From Gemmatimonadota bacterium (GTDB lineage: Bacteria > Gemmatimonadota > Gemmatimonadetes > Gemmatimonadales > GWC2-71-9), in assembly GCA_037440225.1 (NCBI GenBank), contig JBBIUN010000017.1, positions 4,703-68,702 of the forward strand: DNA of 64,000 nt, written 5' to 3'. Below the pieces are notes generated by a model that was not told the origin of the DNA, did no database searches, and saw only the letters and a program-made list of their open reading frames with translations. Position numbers and translations under genes: made by a program. This document shows positions 37,911 through 47,649 of the stretch, piece by piece. Each line of letters opens with the position of its first letter. Position 1 is the stretch's first letter.

Positions 37911-38749
37911 ACCGGCGCGGGTTCACGCTGGCGGAACTCTTGATCGCCCTGGTGCTGTTCGGCATCGTCTCCACGGCGATTTACCAAGTGCTGGTGAACA
38001 ATCAGCGGCTCTACCGGCAGCAAACCCAGCGCATCGAGCTGACGGACAACATCCGGTCCGCCACAGCCATCCTGCAGACCGATCTCCGGGAGCTGAACGC
38101 CGCCGACCCCTTAGGCAGTGACATCGTGGAGATGACGGATTCCTCGCTCACCTACAAGGCGATGCGAAGTCTGTATGTCACCTGCCAGCCGGTCTCCGGA
38201 GGCACCGTGATCCTGGACACCACGATGATCGGCCTTCGAGGGCTCGACGCCGAGTTCGACTCGCTGCTGGTCCTGGCCGACCTCAACACCCAGCTCGCCA
38301 GCGACGATGTCTGGCGGCACGTGAACGTGACCGCGGTCCAGCGGAGCACCTCGTGCCCGTCGGGCCAGCCCAGCATCAACGTGTCGGTAAGTCCGAGCAT
38401 CGCGGGGACCGACAGCGCGCTGGCGGGATACCCCGTGCGCGGCTTCGAGGTCGTGGACGTGCGCCGCTATGCCGATGCCTCGGGGGCCATTTGGTTGGGC
38501 AGCCGGCGCTACAGCAAGAGCACTGGCTGGAGCGCCCTGCAGCCGGCGGTGGGGCCGCTGGCGACTGGCGGACTTCGTTTCACCTACTTCGCCCGGGACG
38601 GGAGCATCACCAGCAACCGGTCGCTGGTCGCCAGGATCGGCATCACCGTGGTGGGACGCACCTCGCAACCAGTGCGGCTGAATGACCGGACGACAGGGTA
38701 TCTGACGGACAGCCTGACCACCTATGTGGCCTTGCGGAATAACAGGTGA
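37904..38749 (+). CDS. pilW: PilW-like minor pilin
   Basis: MLNRRG|FTLAELLIALVLFGIVSTAIYQVLVNNQRLYRQQ…. 281 aa. 7-nt overlap with the pilV-like gene. Confidence 0.7.
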   Translation: MLNRRGFTLAELLIALVLFGIVSTAIYQVLVNNQRLYRQQTQRIELTDNIRSATAILQTDLRELNAADPLGSDIVEMTDSSLTYKAMRSLYVTCQPVSGGTVILDTTMIGLRGLDAEFDSLLVLADLNTQLASDDVWRHVNVTAVQRSTSCPSGQPSINVSVSPSIAGTDSALAGYPVRGFEVVDVRRYADASGAIWLGSRRYSKSTGWSALQPAVGPLATGGLRFTYFARDGSITSNRSLVARIGITVVGRTSQPVRLNDRTTGYLTDSLTTYVALRNNR

Positions 38750-38926
38750 GGCGCCCCCTTGTGGCTGCAGGCCGGGCCGGTCCGCGCCTTCTTTGCAGGT
38801 ACTTGGCGCGGGTCGAACGGAGGTCGGCCTGGGGTTGGAGGCCACGGGAACCGGGTACCGGAGCGACCGAGGTCAGGTGCTGGTAGCAATCTCGTGGCGG
38901 AAATCTCGTAGATCAGGAGCGCGGCG

Positions 38927-40042
38927 ATGAAGCGGATCGGAAACGAAGGCGGCATGGCGCTGGCGGTGGCAATCTTCGCCCTGGTCATCGTGGGCGGCTT
39001 GGTGGCGGGATCGCTCTTTGTGGCCACCCTGGAGCAGCGAGTGGGCCGCAACACCCTGCGCCAGCAGTCTGCCTTCAACGCGGCGGAGGCGGCCACCCAA
39101 CAGGCGGTGCTGGACTGGAGCACCGGGGCGTATAGCAGCTTGGCGGTGGGAGGCTCCGTGACCACCACGGGGACGGCAACCGGCGGGGCCTGGTACCGGC
39201 GCACGGTGCAGCGGCTGAGCCAGATGCTCTTCCTCGTTCGGACCGAAGGGTTCAGTGCCGATTCATCTTCCCGGCAGAGGCTGGGGGTACTGGTGCGGCT
39301 TCGGCCCCTGGCTTTCAACATCAATGCGGCCCTGAAAACCCAGGGCTCGGCGAAGTTTGGGGGATCCTCCTACATCAACGGGGTGGATACCCCGCCTTCC
39401 GGATGGGCCGGTTGCCCCGCCACCCAGCCCACCCAGCCGGCGGTCCGCATCCCGGACCCGAGCCAGATCACCTACTCCGGCTGTAGCAACCAGAGCTGCT
39501 TGAACGGGAGCCCCAAGGTCCTGCAGGATACCAGCATCAACTCTGGCACCCTGACCACGGTGGGGGATATTCCGTTCGACTCCCTCAGGAACTACGCCAC
39601 CAAGGTTGTCTATCCCAGCGGCACCCCCAAGATTCAGCCGTCGCTGACGGGCACGAGCTGCAACACCTCCGACCCGTTGAACTGGGGAGACCCCTTGAAC
39701 CCCGCTCTCCCCTGCGGCAGCTACTACCCCATCATCTGGGTGGACGGGAACGTGAGCATCAACGGGGTCGAGGGTCAGGGCGTGCTGATCGTCAACGGAG
39801 ACCTGAGCGTCCAGGGCGGCTTCGAGTTCTTTGGACCGGTACTGGTCAAGGGGAGCCTGAAGACCACCGGCACCGGGGGCCACTTCAACGGGGGCGTCAT
39901 CGCCGCCAACGTGGACCTGGAACAGAACACCGTGCTGGGCAACGCCGTGGTCAACTACTCGAGCTGTGCCTTGATCCGGGTGCTCACCGCGACGGCGAAC
40001 GGCAGCATCCTCAGGGAGCGAAGCTGGGTGAATCTCTACTAG
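38927..40042 (+). CDS. PilX-like pilus protein with long Cys-containing, Gly-rich C-terminal extension
   Basis: The N-terminus GGMALAVAIFALVIVGGLVAGSLFVATLEQRVGRN resembles the PilX_N domain and lacks a G|F cleavage site. 371 aa. The C-terminal part carries repeats such as VSINGVEGQGVLIVNGDLSVQGGFEFFGPVLVKGSL. SD aggag lies 7 nt upstream. Confidence 0.55.
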   Translation: MKRIGNEGGMALAVAIFALVIVGGLVAGSLFVATLEQRVGRNTLRQQSAFNAAEAATQQAVLDWSTGAYSSLAVGGSVTTTGTATGGAWYRRTVQRLSQMLFLVRTEGFSADSSSRQRLGVLVRLRPLAFNINAALKTQGSAKFGGSSYINGVDTPPSGWAGCPATQPTQPAVRIPDPSQITYSGCSNQSCLNGSPKVLQDTSINSGTLTTVGDIPFDSLRNYATKVVYPSGTPKIQPSLTGTSCNTSDPLNWGDPLNPALPCGSYYPIIWVDGNVSINGVEGQGVLIVNGDLSVQGGFEFFGPVLVKGSLKTTGTGGHFNGGVIAANVDLEQNTVLGNAVVNYSSCALIRVLTATANGSILRERSWVNLY

Positions 40043-40113
40043 GGGACGGGCCAAATGGCCTAACTTACTGCCCAGATGTGAGTTGTTCGCGGTCGGTTAA
40101 AGTAGGTTAGAGC

Positions 40114-40142
40114 TTGACAAATCTGGGGGTGGGCGGTACTGT
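40114..40142 (+). promoter_or_regulatory. Candidate sigma70-type promoter for pilMNOPQ
   Basis: TTGACA(40114-19), 17-nt spacer, TACTGT(40137-42). It lies ~45 bp upstream of the pilM ATG in a relatively AT-rich intergenic region. Confidence 0.4.
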
Positions 40143-40186
40143 AGTCCTCCGCTCTACCCCCTTATGTGCTTAACCTGTAGGGAGAT

Positions 40187-41236
40187 ATGGCGCTTTTTGG
40201 GCTCGGGGGATCGAAAACGACGGTGGGCTTGGACATCGGCAGCGGCTTGATCAAGCTCGCGGCCATTGACCATGGCAAGGGTGAGCCCGTGCTGGCCAAG
40301 GTGGCGGTGGCCCCGGTGCTGCAGGATGCCATTGTCGAGGGCGAAATCATGGACCCGGGGGTGGTGGCCGAGGCCATCCGGGGCGTGATGAGTACTGCAG
40401 CGATCAAGCAGAAGCGGGTAGTGGCGGCGGTGGGTGGGCGCGATGTGATCATCAAGAAGATCCAGGTTGACCGGATGAAGGAGAGCGATGCCGCGGACGT
40501 GGTGCGCTGGGAGGCACAGCAGCACGTGCCGTTCGACATCGAAGGAGTGGCCCTGGACTTCCAGGTGCTGGATCCCGAGGGCGAGGGCGTCCAGATGGAC
40601 GTGCTGCTGGTGGCGGCCAAGCGCGAGCTGGTGGAAAACCGCACCGCCCTGCTGGCCGAGGCCGGGCTCGAGGCTGCCATCGTGGACGTGGACGCCTTTG
40701 CCCTGCACAACGCGTTCGAGGTGAACTACCCTGAGGCTATGCAAGGGGTCGTGGCCCTGATCCACGTGGGCCACGAGGTGACCAACGTGAACCTGCTGCA
40801 GGATGGCGTCCCCTTGCTCACGCGGGACTTGAGCGTGGGAACGCGGAAGTTCCGCGAGGAACTCCAGCGCGAGCGGGGCCTGTCGGCCGAGGAGGCGGAC
40901 CGCCTGATTCAGGGCTTCGAGCGGACGCCGGAGCTGGAGCCGTTCGTGCGGAACTTGAGCGAGGAGGTTGGGGTGGGGGTGGAGCGGGCCGTGGCGTTCC
41001 TGCAGTCCGCTTCCCGGGAAGCGGGCCAGGTGCAGCGGGTCTTCTGTTCTGGCGGAGGCTCCCGGATCCCCGGCCTGGCGGACACGCTGGGGGATCGGCT
41101 GCGGTTGCCGGTGGAGGTGGCCGACCCGGTCCGGGGCTTGAAGGTGAAGGAGGAGGCCTTCGGATCCCTGTCGGTGGACGAGGTGGCTCCGCTGCTGATG
41201 CTGGCGGTCGGGCTGGCGTTGAGGAAGGTCAACTAG
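40187..41236 (+). CDS. pilM: Type IV pilus assembly protein PilM (actin-like ATPase fold)
   Basis: 349 aa. VGLDIGSGLIKLAAI…VDVDAFALHNAF…CSGGGSRIPGL. Confidence 0.9.
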   Translation: MALFGLGGSKTTVGLDIGSGLIKLAAIDHGKGEPVLAKVAVAPVLQDAIVEGEIMDPGVVAEAIRGVMSTAAIKQKRVVAAVGGRDVIIKKIQVDRMKESDAADVVRWEAQQHVPFDIEGVALDFQVLDPEGEGVQMDVLLVAAKRELVENRTALLAEAGLEAAIVDVDAFALHNAFEVNYPEAMQGVVALIHVGHEVTNVNLLQDGVPLLTRDLSVGTRKFREELQRERGLSAEEADRLIQGFERTPELEPFVRNLSEEVGVGVERAVAFLQSASREAGQVQRVFCSGGGSRIPGLADTLGDRLRLPVEVADPVRGLKVKEEAFGSLSVDEVAPLLMLAVGLALRKVN

Positions 41237-41266
41237 GCGCCGGCCGTGGGGCCTGGCGTGGTTGCC

Positions 41267-41968
41267 ATGATCGAGATCAACCTGCTTTCCGGCCAGAAGC
41301 GCAAGACGCGGGCAGGTGCCGGCTTCCGGATGCCGGACGTTGCCGCGCTGGCTGCCCGCATCAAGGACCCCCTGCTGCTGGGCGCGGTAGGCGCGTGGGC
41401 GGTGGTGCTGGTGGCCGTGGGCTTCGTGTACCGCGCCGAGAGTCGCAAGTTGGCGGTGGCTCAGCGGGAGTTGTCTCGTGTCGAGGCCGACGCCCGGCGC
41501 TTTCAGGCCCTCATCAATCAGAAGCGCAAGGAAGAAAAGCTCAGAGATTCCCTGGTCGCGGAACTGGACGCCATTCGGGCGATTGACGCGGATCGGTACG
41601 TCTGGCCCCACATCCTCGAAGAGATCACCAAGGCCTTGCCGGACTACACCTGGCTGGAATCGGTGGGCGTGCTGCCCGGCGGGGGCGCCCAGGGGGCCGG
41701 CGGGGGCGGGCAGCCGGCCGACAGCGCCGCCGCAGCCAAGCCGGTGGTGCGGGTGCTGATTGACGGCAGAACCGCGGACATGGGCGGCTACACTCGGTTC
41801 CTCCGGCAACTCAACGATTCGCCCTGGCTCACCGATGTGGTGGCTGGGCCGACGAAGACCGTGATCGAAAACGACAAGCCGGTGCTGTCGTTCACCGTGA
41901 CCGTGACCTTCCGGCAGGCGGACTCGGCGTTTATCCGGACCGCCCCGGTCCTGGAATCGGTCCGGTAG
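41267..41968 (+). CDS. pilN: Type IV pilus assembly protein PilN
   Basis: Start trimmed to MIEINLLSGQKRK, a typical PilN start. One TM segment, a coiled-coil, and an unusual Gly/Ala-rich insert (GGGAQGAGGGGQPADSAAAAKP). Confidence 0.8.
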   Translation: MIEINLLSGQKRKTRAGAGFRMPDVAALAARIKDPLLLGAVGAWAVVLVAVGFVYRAESRKLAVAQRELSRVEADARRFQALINQKRKEEKLRDSLVAELDAIRAIDADRYVWPHILEEITKALPDYTWLESVGVLPGGGAQGAGGGGQPADSAAAAKPVVRVLIDGRTADMGGYTRFLRQLNDSPWLTDVVAGPTKTVIENDKPVLSFTVTVTFRQADSAFIRTAPVLESVR

Positions 41969-41977
41969 GAGCGCCAC

Positions 41978-42592
41978 ATGCCTCTAGGTGCCAAGGAGCG
42001 CCAGCAGCTTCTGGGGTTCGCCATCTTCCTGGCGGTGATCGGCGCCGTGGCCTTTTGGATGTACTGGCGTTCGCCCAAGGAAGCGGAGCTGGCCAGCATT
42101 CGCGTGCGGGCGGATTCGCTCAGGGCCCGGGTGGATTCGGCTCGGAAGGACCTGGCGCAGGGGACGGTCGAGGCCCTCAGGCAGCGGGTGCGCGACTACG
42201 AAGCCAGCTTGAGGCTGATGCGCACGCTGGTGCCCACGGGGGCCGAAGTGCCCAGCCTGATTGACGACGTGTCGGCGCGGGCGAAGCGGCGCGGCGTGGA
42301 GATTGCCGAGATCACCCCGCTCAGCCCGGAACCGGGCAGCCCCTTCGAGACCCACCGGTATCGGTTTGCGGTGATTGGGCATTACGACGAGATCGGCGAG
42401 TTTCTCTCCGACGTCGCGTCGCTGCGGCGGATCATGGTCCCCTTCGACGTCTCGATCACGCGCGCCAGCCAGACGGCGACGGCGACGTATGCGGACAGCT
42501 CGGGCGCCCTGACGCAAGCGAGCTTCCAGCTGCGGACGTTCGTCAAGTCGGGGGCCCCGGCGGATACCAGCGCGGGAGGGCAGCAGCCTTGA
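41978..42592 (+). CDS. pilO: Type IV pilus assembly protein PilO
   Basis: 204 aa. N-terminal TM segment, coiled-coil, then a ferredoxin-like domain. Lies between pilN and pilP. Confidence 0.75.
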   Translation: MPLGAKERQQLLGFAIFLAVIGAVAFWMYWRSPKEAELASIRVRADSLRARVDSARKDLAQGTVEALRQRVRDYEASLRLMRTLVPTGAEVPSLIDDVSARAKRRGVEIAEITPLSPEPGSPFETHRYRFAVIGHYDEIGEFLSDVASLRRIMVPFDVSITRASQTATATYADSSGALTQASFQLRTFVKSGAPADTSAGGQQP

Positions 42593-43110
42593 GGCACGCG
42601 CTGGTGGCGGCCTGGCTGGCGGCCCTAGTGGCCTGCGCCGGAGAGGGGCCGGCCCCGCAGCGGGGCGCCCCCGCCCAACAGCCGCCGGCGCCGGGGGCGC
42701 AGGCCCAGCCGGCACCGCCCCCGGGGGCTGCTGCGCCGGCGGTCTCCGGTGCGGATACCAGCCGGGTGGACACCATGGCCAGCCGGACCAGGCTGGTGCG
42801 GGAGGTTTTTGCGTATCGCAGCGGCGGGCGGGATCCGTTCCGTTCGCTGCTCACCTCGGGCGACGTCCGCCCCCTGCTGGAGGACCTCCGCCTGATGGGG
42901 ATCTGGTACGATGCGACGTATCCGGCCCGCAGCGTGGCAGTCTTGCGGGATGTGTCGGTGAACAAGCGTTACGACGTGCGCGTGGATGACGAGCTGGGGC
43001 GCATGCGCGTGGTCGAAATCCGGCCCACCGAGATCGTGCTCGCGGTCGAGGAGTTCGGGGTCGAGCGCCAGGTAACACTGGCGCTGAAGAAGCAGGAGGG
43101 GGTTCCATGA
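42589..43110 (+). CDS. pilP: PilP-like lipoprotein
   Basis: TTG start overlaps the pilO stop (TTGA). Lipobox LVAC. Pro/Ala-rich linker, then a beta domain (…YDVRVDDELGRMRVVEIRPTEIVL…). Confidence 0.7.
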   Translation: MRHALVAAWLAALVACAGEGPAPQRGAPAQQPPAPGAQAQPAPPPGAAAPAVSGADTSRVDTMASRTRLVREVFAYRSGGRDPFRSLLTSGDVRPLLEDLRLMGIWYDATYPARSVAVLRDVSVNKRYDVRVDDELGRMRVVEIRPTEIVLAVEEFGVERQVTLALKKQEGVP

Positions 43111-44960
43111 TGCGGTCGCTGTTCCTTGCCGTAGCCGGCTTGAGCCTGATGGCGCCCTGCGCCGCGGCCGGGTCCATCGCGCCGGCCGCCGGGCCCGGGG
43201 CGGTCACCGCGGTCAGCGTGCTGCCCAGCCCGGGCCGTGCCCAGGTGGTGATCGCCGTGAGCGGCAGCGTGAGTGTCCAGGACTTCACGCTGGCGTCGCC
43301 CGACCGGCTGGTGATTGACATCGTGGGGGCCTCGCTGGCGGCGCCGTACGTGCAATACGACGGGCAGAACCGCGGCGGCATCGTCAATCTGCGGTATGCC
43401 CAGTTCCGGCCGGACGTGGTGCGGGTGGTGCTGGAGTTCGAGCGGCTGACGGGCTACGAGCTGGATCAGGCGGACGGAGCCATTACGGTGACGCTGGGCA
43501 CGGACCGGAGCTTTGCCGCCTGGACCTCGGGGGACCCGGGGTGGGCCCGCAGCCTGGCCCGCTACGCGGCGTCGCAGGCCCCGCCCGCGGAGCCTACGCC
43601 GGCGGGCGCTCCGGTTCCCCCGGAGGCTCAGCCGCAGCAATCCCAGCAGCCTGCCATCACCGCTTCTTGGGACGGCGCCTCGATCTCCGACGTCATCGCG
43701 GGCTTTGCCGCCTTCAGCGGCAAGACCATCATCGTGGGTAAGGGCGTTACCGGGACGGTGACTGCCACGGTCAAGAACCAGCCGTGGGACATCGCCTTCC
43801 AGCAGATTCTGCAGTCGCAGGGGCTGGCCGCGCGCGAGGAGTTCCCCGGGGTCATTCGGGTGGACGATCAGGCCCAGCTGGCCAAGCTGGACTCGATCGA
43901 GCCGCTGGAAACCCGCATTCTCCGGGTCAATTATGCTCGCGCCACGTCGCTGGTGCCGGCGCTCGACGCCATCCGGTCCAGTCGCGGCAAGGTGGTGGCC
44001 GACACGGCCACCAACAGCCTGATCATTACCGATGCGGCAAGCCGGATTGACAGCTACAGCCAGTTCTTGAGCCAGCTCGACGTGCGCACGCCCCAGGTCT
44101 CGATCCAGACCAAGCTGGTCTTCGTGGACCGGACGGACCTGGAGAACCTGGGACTCAAGTACGATCTGGGGTCCCAAACCCAGTTCTTCAATCGCTTGAT
44201 CCAGCGGGGAGACCCCAGCACCGCCCAGCCAGTGGACACCAACGGCGACGGTGTCCCGGACGCGGTCCGGCCCACCGAGACCTTCAACCCGGAGGACGTG
44301 GTCATTGACTTGGGTGGCAATTCGCTTTCGGCCATCGCCAATGCGGAAGCCACGGTTCCCAGTGCGGCGCTCCGGCTCATCTTTTCGACCGCCATCGGGA
44401 GCTTCAACCTGACGTCCTTCCTGGAGGCCCTGGAGCAGGTGCAGCTGGCGGATCTCCAGGCGGAGCCCGTGATTTCCACCGCGGACAATACGCAGGCGTA
44501 CATCCTGGTGGGCGAACGCACGCCCATCCGGGTGGTGGATGTGAGCGCTCCCACGACGGGCGGGCAGAACGTGCCGCGGGCCACGGTCAACTTCCAGCAG
44601 ACGGGTATTCTCCTCCGGGTCACCCCGCACGTCACCAACAACCGGCAGATCCTGATGAGCCTGCGGGCGGAGAATTCCAGCGTGGCCTCCGCGCCGGGGG
44701 ACATCGGGTTCACCTTCCAGACCCAGGAAGCGGAGAACCACATCCTGGTGAACGACGGCGAGACGGCGGTGATTGGGGGGCTCACGGTGACCCAGATCAC
44801 GGTGGCGAAGACCGGGATCCCGTTCCTTGTGGACCTGCCCGTGCTGGGGCGGCTGTTCGGATTCACGTCCCGGCGGGAGCAGCGGCGGGATCTCTTGATT
44901 TTGGTGACGCCGCGGATCATGGATCAGCTCCCCGGGGGCGCCGCCCCCGAGCGGCAGTAG
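43107..44960 (+). CDS. pilQ: Type IV pilus secretin PilQ
   Basis: ATGA overlap. Signal peptide, AMIN domain (VTAVSVLPSPGRAQVVIAVSGSV…RLVIDIVGA), N0/N1 domains, and a secretin core (…GERTPIRV…TPHVTNNRQILMSL…NDGETAVIGGL…IPFLVDLPVLGRLF…LLILVTPRI). Confidence 0.9.
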   Translation: MMRSLFLAVAGLSLMAPCAAAGSIAPAAGPGAVTAVSVLPSPGRAQVVIAVSGSVSVQDFTLASPDRLVIDIVGASLAAPYVQYDGQNRGGIVNLRYAQFRPDVVRVVLEFERLTGYELDQADGAITVTLGTDRSFAAWTSGDPGWARSLARYAASQAPPAEPTPAGAPVPPEAQPQQSQQPAITASWDGASISDVIAGFAAFSGKTIIVGKGVTGTVTATVKNQPWDIAFQQILQSQGLAAREEFPGVIRVDDQAQLAKLDSIEPLETRILRVNYARATSLVPALDAIRSSRGKVVADTATNSLIITDAASRIDSYSQFLSQLDVRTPQVSIQTKLVFVDRTDLENLGLKYDLGSQTQFFNRLIQRGDPSTAQPVDTNGDGVPDAVRPTETFNPEDVVIDLGGNSLSAIANAEATVPSAALRLIFSTAIGSFNLTSFLEALEQVQLADLQAEPVISTADNTQAYILVGERTPIRVVDVSAPTTGGQNVPRATVNFQQTGILLRVTPHVTNNRQILMSLRAENSSVASAPGDIGFTFQTQEAENHILVNDGETAVIGGLTVTQITVAKTGIPFLVDLPVLGRLFGFTSRREQRRDLLILVTPRIMDQLPGGAAPERQ

Positions 44961-44979
44961 CCGGAAGGACCTGACCGCC

Positions 44980-47406
44980 ATGGGGCACCTGGGACAGCGG
45001 GGCGCGCTCGCGCTTCTGGTCGCAAGCCTGGTCTTGGCCTGCGCCGAGCAACGCTTTCGACTCGGCTTCGAGACGGACACCCAAGCTCCCACCGTCTCCA
45101 TCGTCAAGACGGCGGGCGATACCATGGACGTCGCCAAGGGCGTTCAGTTCACGGTGTCTGCGCGGGACAACCTGGGATTGAAGACCATCACCATTTCATT
45201 GCGAGGCGGCCTGCTGTTGGACACGGCCATCACGTTCACCAGTGCGGTGACGACCGCGGACGTGGCGGTCAATCTCTCCCAGCCCCCGAACTCGACGGTT
45301 GGCGGCAGGATCACGATCGATGTCACGGCAACGGATGGCAACAACAACTCTGCTACCGCCAGGGATTCGATCTTCGTCATCAACCTCAAGGCGCTGAGCG
45401 TAACGCTGTTCAATCCGACTCCGGGAGCGGTCACGGCTCCGGGCAAGCAGCTTCCCATCGAGGTGTTGGCCACGCAGGCCTCCGGGATTCGCCTCGTGGG
45501 GTGGGAGACTGTGGGTGCGGTGAACGTCAAAGACTCGACGTTTTACGCCAACCAACCGGACACGGTGCGGCTGTCGGATACGCTGGCGATTCCCGCCAAT
45601 GCATCGGCAGGGACGTTCTTGGTAAGCGGCTTTGCGGTGGACTCGGCGGGACGGCGGGTGACCAGCAGCGCGGTGACGGTGACCGTGCAGCTGGTCGTGG
45701 CCGACTCCATCGGACCGGTGGTCAGCTTCTCGGTGCCGCGGCGCGTGGAGGTACGGGATTCTATCACGGTGAGAGCCAGAGACCCGAGCGGCGTCGCTTC
45801 CATCGGCTGGGTAGCGCGCGATGCGGGCGGCACGGTCCTGGGCGGAAAGACCACCACCTTGGGCGGGACGCTGACTGACGTCTCGGTCACGGACAATTTG
45901 AACCTCAGCCTCACCGCCGCCCAACTCCCCAAGCTCGCCGTGATCAAGGCCTTCGCCACCGACGCGGCGGGCAACACCGATTCTGCTCGCGTGGACACGC
46001 TCCGGGTGGCCCCCGTCCGGGCGGACAGCATCACGGTGGTGAACGGCATTACCAAGCCGCTGCCGGCCGGCGGCCGCGTGGCGGACGCCATTTTCAACCG
46101 CAATCAGAACCGGGTGTATCTCACCAACATTGATCTCGACCGGCTGGAGGTCTTCGACGTCAGCGATACCTCGTTCAAGACCGCGATCCCGGTGGGGTCT
46201 CGGCCTTGGGGCATCGCGCTCTGGCCGCGCGATGCGGCCGCCGGGACCAATGCGGACACCGTGATCGTGGCCAATTCGGGAGGTACCGATCTCTCGATCG
46301 TGGACGTGAGCCTGGGCCAGCAGCGCCGGCGAGTCCCGTTGCCGCTTTTCCGGGTCCAAACCGTCCACTCCAAGGTGGATCCCGCCACGGGCGTCATCAA
46401 CCAGGAAATCACCGAATACACGGTCTCGGATCGACCCCAGTACCTCGGTGTGGTGTGCCGCGGTGGCGGCACCTGTAAGCCCGGCGGGACGGGCGACGTG
46501 CTGGCGGTGTATTCCACGACACCCACGGCAGGCCAGAGCAACCCGCTGCCTCGCCGCGGCACGGTCCGCTGGGAGAATCTCACCTCCGCCACACCGCAGT
46601 CGCACCTCTTCTGGGAGCAAGCGGGTGCCACGTTCACCTCGGCCAACGACACCCTGCAGCTCTTCGTCAACCGCGGCCCCACGGTGCCGGAGGAACTGGT
46701 GTTGGGGGCGCTGTGCGGGCGGGTGGTCAACAAGCAGGAGTTGGGATTCCTCGACACCACCTTTGTGCGCAACTCGGGGAACTTCTCGCGGATCATCATT
46801 GGCGAGGGAGGGTCCAGTGCTACGCCGGCCTTGGCGTTCGCCCGCGCCCTGACGTACGACGTGTCCTTGGGCCTCCAGACCAATACGTGTGGTACCCAGA
46901 GTGAGCAGGTGGATCTGGGCATCGCCGGAGCGCTCGAGGTGCGAAGCTTCATCGCCAACACGGCCATCCCCGTACGAGCCGTGGGGATCAATTTCAATGG
47001 GCTGGTGAGCTTGGTCCGTGCCGACTCGGTATACGTGCTGGACCAGAACCTGAGACTCAAGGGCCTCATGTCCATCGGCGGGCCGAACTTCGGCATGGAT
47101 TTGAACTTCAACCACGACTTCGACCCCAACACCGGAGCCTCCGCCAGCGGGACCGTCACCAAGGACGAGCGCGTGGCCTTCGTGGCGAGCCCGGATCCCC
47201 AGATTGACGTCTTCGACACGTTCTACTTTGGCAAACTCGCCAGCATCCCCATGCGGGACCCGGTGATCGGGCCGCTGCGCGTGGCCAAGCTCCCCTCGGG
47301 CGAACAGGTCCTGATCGGCGTCACCGCACGCGGCGTGGTCACGGTGCGACTGCCCGCCATCAGCAATAGCTTTCCGGCCAGCCGCTGGCCGGGAGGCCAA
47401 CCGTAG
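44980..47406 (+). CDS. 808-aa predicted lipoprotein: three Ig-like repeats followed by a beta-propeller-like domain; function unknown, in the pilQ operon
   Basis: Lies 19 bp after the pilQ stop. Lipobox-like LVLAC. Three ~100-aa modules end in …A(R/T)D..GN… (VSARDNLGL, TATDGNNNSA, AFATDAAGNTDSA). YVTN-like propeller strands follow (RVYLTNIDLDRLEVFDVSD…IPVGSRPWGIALWP…VIVANSGGTDLSIVDV). Confidence 0.6.
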   Translation: MGHLGQRGALALLVASLVLACAEQRFRLGFETDTQAPTVSIVKTAGDTMDVAKGVQFTVSARDNLGLKTITISLRGGLLLDTAITFTSAVTTADVAVNLSQPPNSTVGGRITIDVTATDGNNNSATARDSIFVINLKALSVTLFNPTPGAVTAPGKQLPIEVLATQASGIRLVGWETVGAVNVKDSTFYANQPDTVRLSDTLAIPANASAGTFLVSGFAVDSAGRRVTSSAVTVTVQLVVADSIGPVVSFSVPRRVEVRDSITVRARDPSGVASIGWVARDAGGTVLGGKTTTLGGTLTDVSVTDNLNLSLTAAQLPKLAVIKAFATDAAGNTDSARVDTLRVAPVRADSITVVNGITKPLPAGGRVADAIFNRNQNRVYLTNIDLDRLEVFDVSDTSFKTAIPVGSRPWGIALWPRDAAAGTNADTVIVANSGGTDLSIVDVSLGQQRRRVPLPLFRVQTVHSKVDPATGVINQEITEYTVSDRPQYLGVVCRGGGTCKPGGTGDVLAVYSTTPTAGQSNPLPRRGTVRWENLTSATPQSHLFWEQAGATFTSANDTLQLFVNRGPTVPEELVLGALCGRVVNKQELGFLDTTFVRNSGNFSRIIIGEGGSSATPALAFARALTYDVSLGLQTNTCGTQSEQVDLGIAGALEVRSFIANTAIPVRAVGINFNGLVSLVRADSVYVLDQNLRLKGLMSIGGPNFGMDLNFNHDFDPNTGASASGTVTKDERVAFVASPDPQIDVFDTFYFGKLASIPMRDPVIGPLRVAKLPSGEQVLIGVTARGVVTVRLPAISNSFPASRWPGGQP

Positions 47407-47431
47407 AACCGGTGGCCGCTCCCAACGCCTC

Positions 47432-47464
47432 GAACCCGGCCACCCGGCCGGGTTTCGCGTTTGT
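47432..47464 (+). terminator. Intrinsic terminator after the pilQ-lipoprotein operon
   Basis: 9-bp stem aacccggcc(47433-41)/ggccgggtt(47446-54), accc loop, followed by tcgcgtttgt. Confidence 0.6.
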
Positions 47465-47649
47465 GCCCCGCGTGCGGCATCCGGCAGCCGGCAGCAGAAC
47501 CGGCCACGGGTGCCCGGCGGCGCTTCGCCAACCGGCAATGAGGGCTCGAAGACGGGCTGCTAGCCAGGCCCCGGGCCAGGAGCCAGCAGGCCGTGCCACC
47601 CGGCAGACCCGGCAAGGAGATCACGCCCCATGATGTGTGCACCTGCAAG

